A stretch of 64,000 nt of DNA from Octopus vulgaris. Lineage: Eukaryota. The DNA lies in NCBI GenBank assembly GCA_951406725.2, contig OX597826.1:73222001-73286000 (forward strand), given 5' to 3'. The notes beneath the pieces were generated by a model. The model saw only the letters and a program-made list of their open reading frames with translations, was not told where the DNA came from and searched no databases. Positions 1-13,964 of this stretch are shown piece after piece (within the stretch, counting starts at the first letter, position 1; every line of letters begins with the position of its first letter). Both the position numbers and the translations under genes were made by a program.

Positions 1-786
1 CTGAAATTTGTGGGGAGTCGATTTCTTCGACCCCAGTGTTTCACTGGTGCTTAATTTTCGGCCCCAAAGGATAAAAGGCAAAGTCGACCTCGGCGGTATT
101 TGAACCCAGAACGTAGCGTCGGGCGAAATAACTTGCAACTATTAATAATGGAATCTTTTAAATATCTTGAATGATAATTTGATTAAAACACCGGCATTAT
201 TCTGGGTGGCGAAATTTCAGTATGTGACAGCATAGAAGTTAGCAGATGTACGTAACATTTGTAATAAACCATAGAAGTCAACAGACGTGTGATATGCCTT
301 ACAGTTCAGCAGATGTAACAGACAAAAGAAACTAGAGATTAACAAATGTGGTAGACTATTGAAGTTAACTAGCGTACGGACATAATGAGTCATAGGGGTT
401 AATGAACGTAACAGACCTATGACAGATTTAATAGACCAAGAAATGTGAGAGGCATAACATGTGAAACAAACAATAGTAATTACCAGGCGTAAAAGAGACT
501 TTACTATTAATAATTATATCTACTGAAGGATATATAGCCTCGGTGTTTACCATGTCGAAGAAAACCTGTAAGTGTGTATTTCATTATTGTGAATATGAGT
601 CTAAACCCAGTTTGAACTGCTTTGGCTTCTTCTCAATTTCCGCTTCAGAAGTTTAGTATTGAAGTATATATGCGCATGCCTAGACATGCGACTATATGCA
701 TGTGAATACATAAACAAAACGAAGCATAAAAATCCACACATGCAAGAACTCTGGACTCCAAATACTGCACACACACACACAAATAT

Positions 787-838
<52 letters not shown>

Positions 839-975
839 ATGCACGAATACCCTGTTGATGTTCAAATTTCATGGAAGGAGCCTTGGATCGAGGTTAGAAG
901 CCGGCTTTTTCTTTATTGGCAAAAAATCTTGAAATAAAACTGTATAATAACATACATACATGCATCTATCTATCC

Positions 976-1044
<69 letters not shown>

Positions 1045-1045
1045 C

Positions 1046-1087
<42 letters not shown>

Positions 1088-1088
<1 letters not shown>

Positions 1089-2600
1089 GGGTGGTAGGGT
1101 AATGTGGTGGTAGGTGAGGAGAAACGGGAGATGTGAGACAGCGAGGCGGGTGCGGGGGGGAGCAGATGCACGGTCCACAGAACGTGCTCTGGCGTGGATA
1201 GTGGTGAGGCGATATCCACGTAGGATGAAGTGGCGAGCCGTGAGTTGAGACTGATTATTAAAGTCATGGTCTTCACTACAGAGCCTGCGTAGACGGAGGA
1301 ATTGGGAATAGGGGATGGAAAGCTTGGTGTGTTTAGGGTGGGAGCAGGAGAAGTTGAGGTATGAGTATGAGTCTGTGTGTTTGTATTGGATGGAGGTGGT
1401 GAGAGTGGAGTGATGAATGCTGACCGAAATCTCAAGAAAGAAGACAGAGGTGTCAGAGATAGTGCAGGAGAAGTGGAGGGCAGGATGGAAAGATCGCAAC
1501 GTAGCCAACGAACAGGTTCGCATAGTTGGGCCCATTCTCGTTCCCATGGCCACTCTCGAGAATTGCTGGTAAAAATCATCATCGAACGAGAAGCAGTTGA
1601 GTAAGAGGACAAGTTCGGCCATACGAAGGAGTGTGGATGTGTCGGGTTGGGGGTTAGGTCGAAGGTCAAGGAAATGTTGGAGTGCACGCAGCACCTCGTG
1701 GTAAGAGATCACTGTGTAAAGGCTCTGGATGTCAGGAGTGAAGAGAAGTTTAGAGGGGCCAGGAGGGAAGGAGAAAGAGTTGAACAAACGAAGTGCATGG
1801 TTGGTTTCATGGATGTGAGAGAGGATGGAAGCAACTAGTGGGGCAAGGGCATGGTCAAGATATCTGGAGATGGATTAGGTGGGGCAGTTGCAGGCGGAGA
1901 CGATGGGGCGGCCAGGGTAGTTAGGTTTGTGGATTTTGGGGAGGAAGTAAATAGTGGGGGTGCGAGGGGTGCGCACAATGGGGCTTGAGGCTGTGGAGAA
2001 GACGGGAGGAGGAGATGATGTCATAGATAGTGGAGGATAGAGTCTGTTGGTAGTTGGGCGTGGGGTCAGTTGGCGGAGAGCTTCCGCCTTGTAGAGGTCC
2101 GCGCTCCACACCGCCAAGCCTCCACCCTTGACGGCCGGTTTTATGATGATGTCAGTACGACGTCGGAGACATCAAAGGGCCGAGAGTTCGGCTGGGAAGA
2201 TGTTCAGATGACGGGGACGCCTGGAAAAGTTAAACCGATCCACAGCGCGCTGGCAGGCGCCTGCAAAAAGATCGACTGCTTGGAACTGGCCAGGAGCTGG
2301 TGTCCAATAAGCCCAGGTCGGTGAAGCAGTCCTCCTCATTAGATGCAGGTGGAGTGTCGCGGAATAGCGCACACAACCTAACACGGCACACAAAGCTGTG
2401 GATATCGGCACGAGTCCGCAATTCGTTGCTGGATGGAGTGAGGGTGATGAAGCGCAGACCCCCTACTTAGGAGGGAGCGCTCAGAGAGGAGAAGATCTGG
2501 AAGAATGGTAACAACAGACTGAAGTGGAGAAGAGGTTGTTGGGATAGAAGTAGGAGGGGTGGTGGAGATGGTGGAAGGCTGGGCGCGGAGGGGATGGGGG
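1088..2600 (-). mobile_element. Penelope-like element RT remnant (frameshifted, internally deleted)
   Basis: Minus-strand translation gives PLE motifs ERSLLSRGLRFI, IIIKPAVKGG..VW..DLYKAEALRQL, YFLPKIHKPNYPGRPIVS, DIQSLYTVI, VAMGTRMGP, YKHTDSYSYL..SCSHP...IPYSQFLRLRRLCS. The YxDD region is deleted. Flanked by (TA)n on both sides. Confidence 0.9.
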
Positions 2601-2852
2601 TATTGTGTGGGGATATATTATATATATACACACATGCATATATGTTATATATACATACATATTTATATATATATACATAAATATATATTTATGTACATAT
2701 ATATATATATATATATATCTATAATATATATCTACAAAATATATATATATACATACATATTTATATATTATATATATATATATATATATAGGATAAAATT
2801 TTTATGCACATATATATATATATATAATACATATCTATAATATATATCTACA

Positions 2853-2917
<65 letters not shown>

Positions 2918-3434
2918 TAGAGAGAGAGAGTATTATGTATGTATGTATAAAATATATGATATTTTATATAGAGAGAGAGATACATGAGTGCAGACCTACA
3001 CACATACATACAAATACTAGTCTCACACACATACACATATGTAAGTACACATATAGACATACACACACACACACACACACCTATATATGAGTATATATGT
3101 AGGTAGATAGGTATCTAAATATATCGAGGGTCGTTACGCTCGTCTTTTAATGTTCTGAGTATTCCAATTACGTACATGTTTTAATCTGTTAGATTTCGAA
3201 GAGCAATTTCGAAACTTAAACATAAAAGGAGAATTATAATTGTCTAGTTATGAAAATCAAATAAGTTTTACTTCGGTAATGTTCAGTTCAAAAAGATATT
3301 ATTTGTAGTCGGTGGTGTTATAGAAATCAAGATCAAAAAAGAAGTTATTTGTAGGCAGTGTGGTTTTAGAAATTAGATCATTAACGTATTGAACAAAGGT
3401 GATTCCTGTCAAGTTAATAATAAATGTGCAAATA

Positions 3435-3668
3435 CAGGGTGTTCAAAAAGTCTCTCCGCAGTATTTAATGGTTTTCGGGCGGTTCTTGTACACTGATCCT
3501 TTACTCGCTCCTCAGATAAAAATTGTCTGGTGGTGTTAAATCAGGTGATCTTGGTGGCCAAAATCTCTTCGAAATAATCCGTTCCCCGAAAAAAAAAACT
3601 CTTGAAGCAGCGCCATGGTGATGCGCAGGATGAAAAAAAATCACTGCGGGGAGACTTTTTGAACACTG
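3435..3668 (-). mobile_element. Tc1/mariner-derived MITE
   Basis: TIRs CAGGGTGTTCAAAAAGTCTCTCCGCAGT / ACTGCGGGGAGACTTTTTGAACACTG, TA target duplication, internal WPPRSPDLTPPD motif. Confidence 0.9.
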
Positions 3669-3781
3669 TACATACGTTATGTTCTTTGAGCACAAGTGGT
3701 TAGATTACGTCCAAGAAACGAACTAAATTTCATCGTAGAACTGCTTTCCCACCCAGTCTCCTAATCTTTCTTCTCATTCAT

Positions 3782-3817
3782 TTTTCTGATGAAGGTCTAA
3801 CGTCCGAGACGTCAAAA
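3782..3817 (+). ncRNA. Decayed minimal hammerhead
   Basis: TTTT-CTGATGA-A-GGTCTAACGTCC-GAGAC-GTC-AAAA, with GAAA mutated to GAGA. Related to 58556-58591. Confidence 0.55.
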
Positions 3818-4800
3818 CCCTTTTTTTTTCCTTTCAAGCTTTGCAAAAACGTGTCCCACTTGTGGCACTTTCCTTGTTTTTGATCGTTCACCATATATAT
3901 GTCCATGTGAGCGTTTGTTTGTTTTTGTGTATGTGTTTGCAACCCAAACCACCCACCCACTTACCGATTGACGACTGGTATTTGCTTAAAGTCTCCGAAA
4001 CATAGTAGTTAAGCAAAGGACACCCATGAAATACGTACCAGACTTTACAAGAAAAATTAGTACTGGAATCTATTTGTTCGACTAAACCGTTCAAAATGGT
4101 GACCCAGCATGGCCGCAGTCTAATGACTGAATCGAGTGTAAAGGAAAGATAAAAGAAAAGATAAAAGAACGTGATCTTTTGAATAAAAAAAAAAGTACAT
4201 AAAGTTAATATAAAACATAAACGAGAATAAGAACCGAAATAATTATATTCCACTATTTGTTTATTTTATTTGCTTCCACTCTAGTCTGATCTGATTTCTA
4301 ACAAACAACATTGCGACTACAAATACCATCTTTTTGAACTACTAAAGTATAATACTCAAATTACCTGTTTTTCCAAGACTAAAAAATTATAATTCCCTTT
4401 TATGTTAAAAATTCGTAATTGCGCTAACGAAGTCTGACAGATTGAAACTCATATGTAATTACGAGATTAGACCATAGAATAAATAGAAAATAGATTAGCC
4501 AGGACATTATTTTTTTTTTTTGTTGCTTTTCTAATTAATTTTTCAAATTTCGTTGAGAAAATTCATTGTTGGAATAGAAAATTGGCTTCGTTCTGTAAAA
4601 GAAGCAAATAATGAACTTGGTGTATTGAAGAAAAGTGATTTCAGACCCGAAATTGAGTCAGGTTTGTTTACACATGAATATATGTTCGTTGCCTTAGAAA
4701 TACAAGTGATTCACTAACTTTTATATCAAAATAAAACCATACTTTTCAGGTATGTCTAACAATCCATCATCGTAGAAAGCACATCTTAATTACGTATGTA

Positions 4801-4926
<126 letters not shown>

Positions 4927-5242
4927 GTGTGTATATATACTTATATATATAGTGAGAGAAAGAGAGTATATATATATATACAGCATATATATTTATATAT
5001 ATATATACAGTATATATATATATATACATACATATATAATGTATGTATATATATATATAATGTATGTATATATATATATATATATGTATATATAATGTAT
5101 GTATATATATATGTATATATATGTGTGTGTGTGTATATATGTATATATATATGTATATATATATATATATGTGTGTGTGTGTCTGTGTGTGTAGATGTAT
5201 GTGTAGATGTGTGTGTATGTATGTATGTGTGTGTATACACAT

Positions 5243-5468
5243 AAAACATTTGCATAACGTGGAAGTAGATGTCTTCAGAAAGGAACTAGACATCCTCCTT
5301 TCCACGACACTGGATGAACCAACAGCCCAACATGAGGGGAAGACTAGGGCACGGAGTCAAACTTTCTCATACATCAAATGGGCCAACAGGTGGGACAAAG
5401 GGACACACAGGCTTGAAGTGCTCCAGCATGACCGCAGCTGCATGGCTGAAACGAGTAAAAGAATAACA
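5243..5468 (+). mobile_element. 3' end of a CR1/L2-group LINE
   Basis: [25 protein letters not shown]...RA..LIHQ (FKxxLDxxLxxxxDEP type ORF2 terminus), then 3' UTR stem-loop and (TA)n. Confidence 0.6.
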
Positions 5469-6005
5469 GAATATATATACATATATATATATATATATCT
5501 CTTTTGATAAAAGGCAGATTTTCTCTGCCTCTGACATAGTTTGTTTTTAATACAATTATACAATATAGAATTTATTCAATTGGAATTTACCCATGATTTT
5601 TCGAAGTAGATTCCATTGGGTCATGGCATATAAAGTTTTTTCAATTTGACCCCAATTAAGCAAAAATTCGAGAAAACTAAATATTTTACGATTTGCCTCT
5701 CTAATTTCAACTGCTTCACTCCTTCTATTACCACACTTTCTCCTACTTTCTCTTTGCAAGTGTACCTTCAACCACAACTAAAAAAAATACACAGGAAACA
5801 GAAACAAATAAATACATAACGATTTACTCCTCACACAATTTCTTCAATTAGAATTTACCTATGATTTTTCGAAGTACATTCCATTCTATATTTTATAAAT
5901 TAAAATTGGTTTTTAATTTACTTTCTGTCGCTAAGTTTTGGTAGTATTAATTTGCGAGTGTACTTCAGTTGTCAATTGTTGAAAAAAAGAAATTGTAAGC
6001 TAAGA

Positions 6006-6091
<86 letters not shown>

Positions 6092-6193
6092 GAAGTGAAG
6101 GATAAAAATATGGCAAGAAGTGGACAGATGTACATATATACATACATACATACATGTGTGTGTGTGTGTATGTATGTGTATTAATGTGTGTTA

Positions 6194-6583
6194 TCTCTCT
6201 CTATATAAAGCTGAAGTTGTCTGTGTGCGCCAGGTTTGGTAACCTTCAACTAACACTATCTCCTCCGAGACCCTGCGGTGCAAGTTGACCAAAATTGAGA
6301 GTATGATAGAAGAAGGCTTGCTCTTCCTTCCGTAGAAGATAAAATTCAAATCGGACCATGTTAACACCAAAAATTATTTACATCAAAAAGGTACTTTTTT
6401 CTATGAAAATCCCTATTTTTTACGATTTTTTAACTGCTGTGTCGCCACTTTTCGGTGTATTTCAACCAGAAAAATGTTCACTTGAAGAGAATAACAAGCT
6501 ACATAATGCAAAATTTTTACTTTTCAAAAATTCCAATTCCAGTGGGTCGAAACAAACCCGAGCAACGCCGGGCGATACTGCTA

Positions 6584-6584
<1 letters not shown>
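6194..6584 (+). mobile_element. Non-autonomous Helitron
   Basis: 5' TC..TATATAAAGCTGAAGTTG. 3' hairpin CCCGAGCAACGCCGGG followed by CGATACTGCTAG|T. Confidence 0.8.
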
Positions 6585-6644
<60 letters not shown>

Positions 6645-7104
6645 CTATGAATATATACCTTAGGTTAGTGGTAACAAAAACACACATATGGCTCCGGGTT
6701 AATCCCACACCGTGGCATCTTGGGAAACTGCCTTCTACTATAGCCTTGGGCCTACCAAACCCTTGTGAATGGATTTGTTAGACGGAAACTGAAAGAAGAC
6801 CGTCGTATACATATGTATATATATATGTATGTGTGTGTATGTATGTATGTTTGTGTGTCTGTATTTGTGCCCCCACTATCCCTTGACAACCGATGTTGGT
6901 GTGTTTACATCCCCGTAACTTAGCGGTTCGGCAAATTTGACTGATAGGATGAGTCGATTTTGTTCGACTAAAGGTGGTGCTCCAGCATAGCCGCAGTCAA
7001 ATGACTGAAACAAATAAAAGGAATATATATACGCATACATATATACATATACACATATGTATAAACATATACACATATAAACATATACACATATATATAC
7101 ATAC

Positions 7105-7188
<84 letters not shown>

Positions 7189-7328
7189 ACACACTTTCGT
7201 GCGTTATTTGGCATAAAAATAAAACGACACACTCAGCATGTTATTATTTCTTAATTGGTAAAAATATATATAAATATGTACGTATATATAATTGATTATG
7301 TAATAATGGTAGCGATGACGACGACGAC

Positions 7329-7367
<39 letters not shown>

Positions 7368-7692
7368 CGCGGTGATGAAAAGGCTAAACGAAAAACTGCC
7401 ATCCCTTCAAAATGTACAAACACTATTAATATTTTTGTTGTCCTTAATAACTTTCACCAGCGTCCCCCATCGCCATCACCTTCCTGAATATCATCATCAG
7501 CATCACCATCACCATCATCATTAGTAATCAGTGGTAATAATGCTTACTGCAGAATCAGTTTCTAAATATATCGACATAAAAGAGAGAGACTGCTATTCAT
7601 AGAAGCTGTGTGATTACTGGGTATTGAACCTTTGGTATTCAAATTACTGCTAACATATACACACTACGTACACACACACACACACACACACG

Positions 7693-7733
<41 letters not shown>

Positions 7734-7899
7734 TCACACACACATACACTCACATATGCAAACAAACCCACATGCCCATATATACACTCTCATACATTCA
7801 CACATCTACGCACCGACGCACACACACACACACACACACAAACGTAAACACACATATACACACAATATACAGAATATATATGATATATATATATGTATG

Positions 7900-7963
<64 letters not shown>

Positions 7964-8573
7964 TATGTGTGTGTGTGTGTATGTATATGTATATATATAT
8001 ATATATATATACATACATGTATATATATATATATACACGCTCAGAAACATTTATATTGTGGGTATGTGTGTATATATGCGTGTGCGTATGTGTATATGCA
8101 TATACAATGATGCTTTTACATTTTGCCTTGTGTGAGACGTAAGCGCACACTTTTTGTCATTCAATTTTACATCAACACGTGTACATACACACGCACACAT
8201 ATTTGCATACACAAACAAATGGCTCCTTTTATACACCGAAGCACCCCCTGACATACGGGTAAATTTCACAGATTATACATCAAACAGGTACACACGCGAC
8301 GCATATTTACGAAGGCACATGTTGACATTAGGCAAATATTCACACACACCTGCACGCACACATACACACACACACACATATATACATTCACAGATATACA
8401 TACATACATATACACACATGTACACACACAGGCACGCATGCACACATAAACAAACATAAGGCATAATATATACGCAATCACAGGTCTTCAGACACATACG
8501 TTCAACAACAGCGGTAACAAAGCACCAAATTGGCGGATGCCAGTCTCAAGGCAATCAACCGTCACGACTAAAA

Positions 8574-8637
<64 letters not shown>

Positions 8638-8932
8638 CTACACATATATAACCAACTGCACATCACTCAATTATACACACGTAAAGACACACACATTGAA
8701 TGCATGTGTGAGTATATGTACACACACATACTCTACATGTGTATACATACATACATACACAAACCATACACAGGAAAGTACGTTCAAACATACAGACACA
8801 CAGACGTGAACATACACAAAAATAAATCTATACATATACACATGAACATAAACAGGCGTGCAAGTATGTAGAATCACACACATTCCATGTATACATACAT
8901 ACATACATACATATATTCATATACATATAGAT

Positions 8933-9000
<68 letters not shown>

Positions 9001-9008
9001 GCGTGCAC

Positions 9009-9047
<39 letters not shown>

Positions 9048-9479
9048 AAAGTGCGTGCAAACACACAAACGCGCTGAAACCAGTTACACATCCCCGTCTT
9101 CTGCGCGTCCAATATGGTGGATGCCAGTGTTAAAACAATGAACGCGCAGAAAATGGCGCTCGTTGTTTTCATAACTGATACAGAACCAACTAAATCTAAT
9201 TGTGAACCTATTGTTTATCCAATCACCACTCTAGCATAATTGTGGAATTTCTGGTTTCAAAGGCCCCCAAACTACCCAGTTAATTCGTTCCTCTTCCTTG
9301 CATACTTCATAAACCCCATGTTGTCTTTATCTTTCTTTACCTGTTTTTTTTTTCAATTTTTAGAGCTATTTTCGGTCTTGTTTTTTTATATTTATGTTTT
9401 GTTCTCTATTGATATTCCTAGTTGTTATTGTTGCGTAACCTCAGGTCAGCCCTGACTGAGCAGACGTTTGGCACCTAGG

Positions 9480-9800
9480 TAGTCGGTTCAGCGACCAGGT
9501 GGTGTGTTTCAGCATTACCGCAATTCTACCTAAATCAGGTCTATTCTGTGTATTACAATGTATGAACCGCAACAAGTGTTGCCTTGCTGAGAGGCATAAT
9601 GTACTCAAGCATATAGTAGCTAATCGTGTTATATACAGCGTTGCCTGGTTGAGAACCATACTGTTCAGCCAGACATGTAGTAGTTTAAAATAACTATCTA
9701 AGCTTGCAGTGGTCTGCCCTTGGGTAGGTCTGGTGCAAGTGAACGTTCTCCAGAACACTGTATATGACCTGGGAGAACCCGTACCCTACCTTGCCACCAT
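9480..9800 (-). mobile_element. Possible decayed RTE-group LINE C-terminal fragment
   Basis: LDSYFKLL...NQATLY...STL..RQHLLRFIHC loosely matches the RTE RRLRFAGHC region. Confidence 0.35.
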
Positions 9801-10135
9801 TGATTGCTGGAACTTTGACTATCATGACCTGACTTGGGATAAATACTGGATTGGTTTCCTGTTGTCTTCTCCGGGCAGGTGGGATTTGAACTCAGAATGT
9901 AGAGACCCAGAAGATCTACCGTAAAAGCGTTTCTACCGACGCGCCAACGAACTCGCTCCTCTCCGTGTCTGCCCCCCCCTCCACCGTCTCGCAGAGCGAC
10001 GGAAAATGAAGTGTTTTACTTAAAATCACGACGCGTCACCCGGTCCGGCTATCGAACCGACAATCTACCGATCACGAGTGCAACACCTTAACCACTAGGT
10101 CACGCACCGTCACAATGCATATGCATCGTTGTAAC

Positions 10136-11786
10136 GATGTATATACATTAAGTATGATACACAGATGGTTATTATAAGTGAATACTGCAACAATTGCACT
10201 GGATTTTTATTAATCTAGGTGGCTCTTTGCAATAGCAGTGAATAATTTATTCACTATTTCCTATATATTGAAGGTAACAGGTTTTTGTTAAGTATATGTC
10301 AAGCTGTGATTACACGTCATTGGTAAGCCCCAACTAGGTTGAAATGCATCAGGCGTTATCGCTAACTGCTGCTAGGTTGAGTGTTTTTTCTTTTTTTTTT
10401 GTCCCCTCATACATATTGTGTTTCAAACCCAGCATGTCTATAAAAATGCTATCTCATACGAGTACCGCAGTAACTTGCCTGTCAACGACGTATATACATT
10501 AAGTATAAATACATAGATGACTGTTTAAATGAATGATCTTTCAATTGCTCATATTGGATTTTTTATTCATTTTAATAACGTCTCTGAGAAAAGGATTTTT
10601 CGAAAAAGCACGCAATTTTCCTATAGAATTTAAGCGAGCTGCTCGAAAACCGCCATTGTAGTGAATGGCGGTGGTTATCTATGTTTCATCTGTGGTATTC
10701 ACTGAACATAGGTAGAGTAGGAAGACTTTGAATTTGTAGGGCTTATTTTTTGCACATATATCTGTGTGTCCACTCAGTGGAATCTGTCTTGTACTGAGCG
10801 CTCGTCTTTGTTGTCGGTGAATGGTCAGTCTATTTCTTAGAGTAAGCTTTGTTTGACCGACATCCTTGATTACATCTTCAGTACATCCTTGATATTTGAT
10901 AGCGTATATTAAATTCCTTAAAGAACATGTAAAGTAATTTTTTACGGTAAAAATCTGTCCTGATTAGAATTTGTATGTTGTGACTTCAATAAGATTGACA
11001 CAAGTCCCACAATTAGGGCGGCCACACTTTTTCAATGTTGGTGTAGGAGTTATGAAAGGTAATTTAGCACTTGTGAGGAATTTTTTGAGAGACTTTGATT
11101 GTCTTTTACTTTCGACTATTTTGCGTATTTCGAATGCTTGATTCATTCTTAGTAGAGGGATGTTCTGGTGGATAATATTGTAAACCTCTGTATTTCTTGG
11201 GTTGTGTGTTGTAGTAAAGAGTAGATTATTGGATGTATCTGGAGTGTTTTTCGTTTTTCGTATCTCTTGGATATTTATTGTTTTGGCACGTTCTATTCCG
11301 TTGTCTATTAACTTTAATGGATATTGTCTTTTAAGTAGTATTTGTTTTAGTTCCTGGAGACTTTTATTGCTAGTTTCAGAGTTTGAGATAATTGTACAGA
11401 TTCTTCTTGCTAAATTAAAGGGAATATTATTCTTCGTGTGTTTGGGATGACATGAGGAGAAAGTAAGTATTGTCTAGAATCTGTTTGTCTGTTTCAATGT
11501 TTTTATCTCTTTTGATGATTACTATATCCAGGAATGGTAGTCGAGTTTTACTGTATTCTATGGTGAAGTTTATATTATTGTTTATGCTGTTGATTAGGTT
11601 TTTGAAGTCCATAAGTTGTTCAAATGTGTGCGTCCATAGGATTAGACAGTCATCTAGGTAACGTTTCCAGTTTTCGAGTGGATATTTGTGGAAGATCAAG
11701 CCATATTTTGATTTTGATTGTTCATATATCTGGACCTCCATGTAAGCCATGACTAGATTGGCGTAAGTCGGAGCAACTTTTGTCCC

Positions 11787-11787
<1 letters not shown>
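10136..11787 (-). mobile_element. Penelope-like element 3' half: RT C-terminus, CxxxxCxxC linker, GIY-YIG endonuclease, duplicated terminal region
   Basis: [70 protein letters not shown]...VGQTKLTLRNRL..HRQ. Diverged direct repeats at 10136-10215 and 10486-10570. The 5'-truncated end abuts (TA)n at 11788. Confidence 0.9.
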
Positions 11788-11883
<96 letters not shown>

Positions 11884-11902
11884 TGTATATTTACATAAGT
11901 AT

Positions 11903-12230
11903 TAAGGGTAAAGACCCCCTTCGGTCATGAATGGCCTAGTACGTTTCCCTCCGAGGCACAAGTCCGAGCAAGGTTGTTTATGTAGGACCGGCAGTCGCCG
12001 ATGCATACCAGGCTCCCCTCTTCACCCCACTGATGTTATCCAAGGAAAAGGCAAAGATCGTTACAGCTTGGCACCAGTGGCATCGCAAATCATTTCTACA
12101 GCTGAGTGAACTGGAGCAACGTGAAATAAAAGTGTTTTGCTTAAGAACACAAAACACAGCCCTGTACGGGAATCGAACTCACTACCTCATCATTGTGAGC
12201 CCGATAGTCTAACCACTGAGCAGCGCCTTA
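11903..12230 (-). mobile_element. SINE family C (tRNA head plus CORE-like domain)
   Basis: Reverse-complement head GCTCAGTGGTTAGA...GAGTTCGATTCCC, then GTGTTCTTAAGCAAAACACTTT..TTCACGTTGCTCCAG. Related heads at about 10000-10113(-) and 51842-51965(+). Confidence 0.8.
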
Positions 12231-12413
12231 CACATACATATCCATAAATACATATACACGCATACATATATGCATATATACATACGTACATGTGCATACC
12301 TACGCAAACACACACGTGCGCGCACACGCAGAAGCACACACACACATACGCACACACAAACACACACAAACATTCACAAACACACACAAATACACACACA
12401 CGCATGCACACAT

Positions 12414-12446
<33 letters not shown>

Positions 12447-12510
12447 AATACACACACAAACATACACAAACACAAACATACGCAAACATACACACACGCG
12501 CGCACGCACG

Positions 12511-12571
<61 letters not shown>

Positions 12572-13503
12572 GAACGATCAAATTTCTCGTGAGTTTCTGT
12601 CTACGGAATTCTACTTCTTAAGCATTGGTCAACCCGAGAATGTAGTAGATAGAAGAAAATACACGGTCAAAACAGCGTGCGTTAACATCGAACCTGAAAC
12701 CACGCGGTTACAATACGGATTCCTAAGCTCCCCATCACTCCCTCCGCCCCCCCCCCCACACACACACGCAAGCATGCCTGCGTCCACTCTGAGGTGGCTT
12801 AGCAACAAATATGACGATGGATGTTCAATAATTAATCAGGAAATTTTTAGAGAAAGTAATATTTCGATCGACTGACTGTTCTTCCTGAATTCTCTCTCTT
12901 CTCCCCCTCATTTCTTAATAACCCCTATTTCCTAACCTCTCTCTCTCTCTCCTTCTCTCTCCCTCTCTCCTCTCTCTCTCTCCTTCTCTCCCTCTGACTC
13001 ACTCCTACCCCGCCCCACGTCACACTCTCTCCCCACTCCTCTTCCCCTCCGTCCCCAAACCCAACTCTTCCTTCCTCCTTCCCTCCGTCTCACTTTCCGT
13101 ACCCTACCCTACCTTACCCTACCCTATCCTACTCCCTCCGCCAATCAACCACCACCACCACCACACCCCCCGTCGCCGTACCCACCACCGCCACCCCACC
13201 CTCTTTTACACATATTCCTACGATGACACATTATAAACTTCATCAAACACTAGAACCACCGAAGCTAAATCACATACAACAACACTGTTGCAATTACCAC
13301 CACTACTACTACAACACCAACAACAATAGCAACACACAATAAAAACACCACCATCACAACTACCACCGCTGTCACCACCACCATCACCACCACTGCCACC
13401 ACCATCACCAGCAACAACAATACCCTCCAACATAAAAATAACACCAACCGTACCAATACTACCGCCACCATCATACCATTGCCAATACTATTACATCCAT
13501 CAA

Positions 13504-13740
13504 TACCTGTTTCTTTACTACCCACAAGGGGCTAAACATAGAGGGGACAAACAAGGACAGACAAACGGATTGAGTCGATTACACCGACCCCAGTGCGTAA
13601 CTGGTACTTATTTAATCGACTCCGAAAGGATGAAAGGCAAAGTCGACCTCGGCGGAATTTGAACTCAGAACGTAACGGCAGGCGAAATACCGCTAAACAT
13701 TTCGCCCGGCGTGCTAACGATTCTGCCAGCTCGCTGCCTT
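13504..13740 (-). mobile_element. SINE family A (tRNA-like head plus Meta-like central domain), monomer
   Basis: Head GGCAGCGAGCTGGCAGAATCGTTAG, B-box-like GAGTTCAAATTCC, central GTCGACTTTGCCTTTCATCCTTTCGG.GTCGAT.AAATAAGTACCAG. Further copies at about 1-130, 16322-16475, 17435-17650, 20133-20270, 23718-23915, 25790-25990, 28125-28340, 28525-28720, 40428-40628, 48940-49155, 56420-56810 and 63040-63170. Confidence 0.85.
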
Positions 13741-13964
13741 ACAAATACTACCGCTATCATCATACCATTGCCAATACTACTACAGCCATGAATACCACCA
13801 GCAACACAACCACCAATATGCTCACCTCCTACACTGCTCCCAGTACCTTCGACAGGGACTCTACCAACTCAAAACTCAGAACCAACAACACTAATTCTAC
13901 TATCGACTACACTGATTCATCACTACCACTACACCACCAATTCTGCCACCACGACTACAACCAC

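Noticed and set aside
13099-13133. (CCCTA)n telomere-like or G-quadruplex patch
   Set aside because: Short, imperfect pentamer within a C-rich low-complexity block, not TTAGGG.
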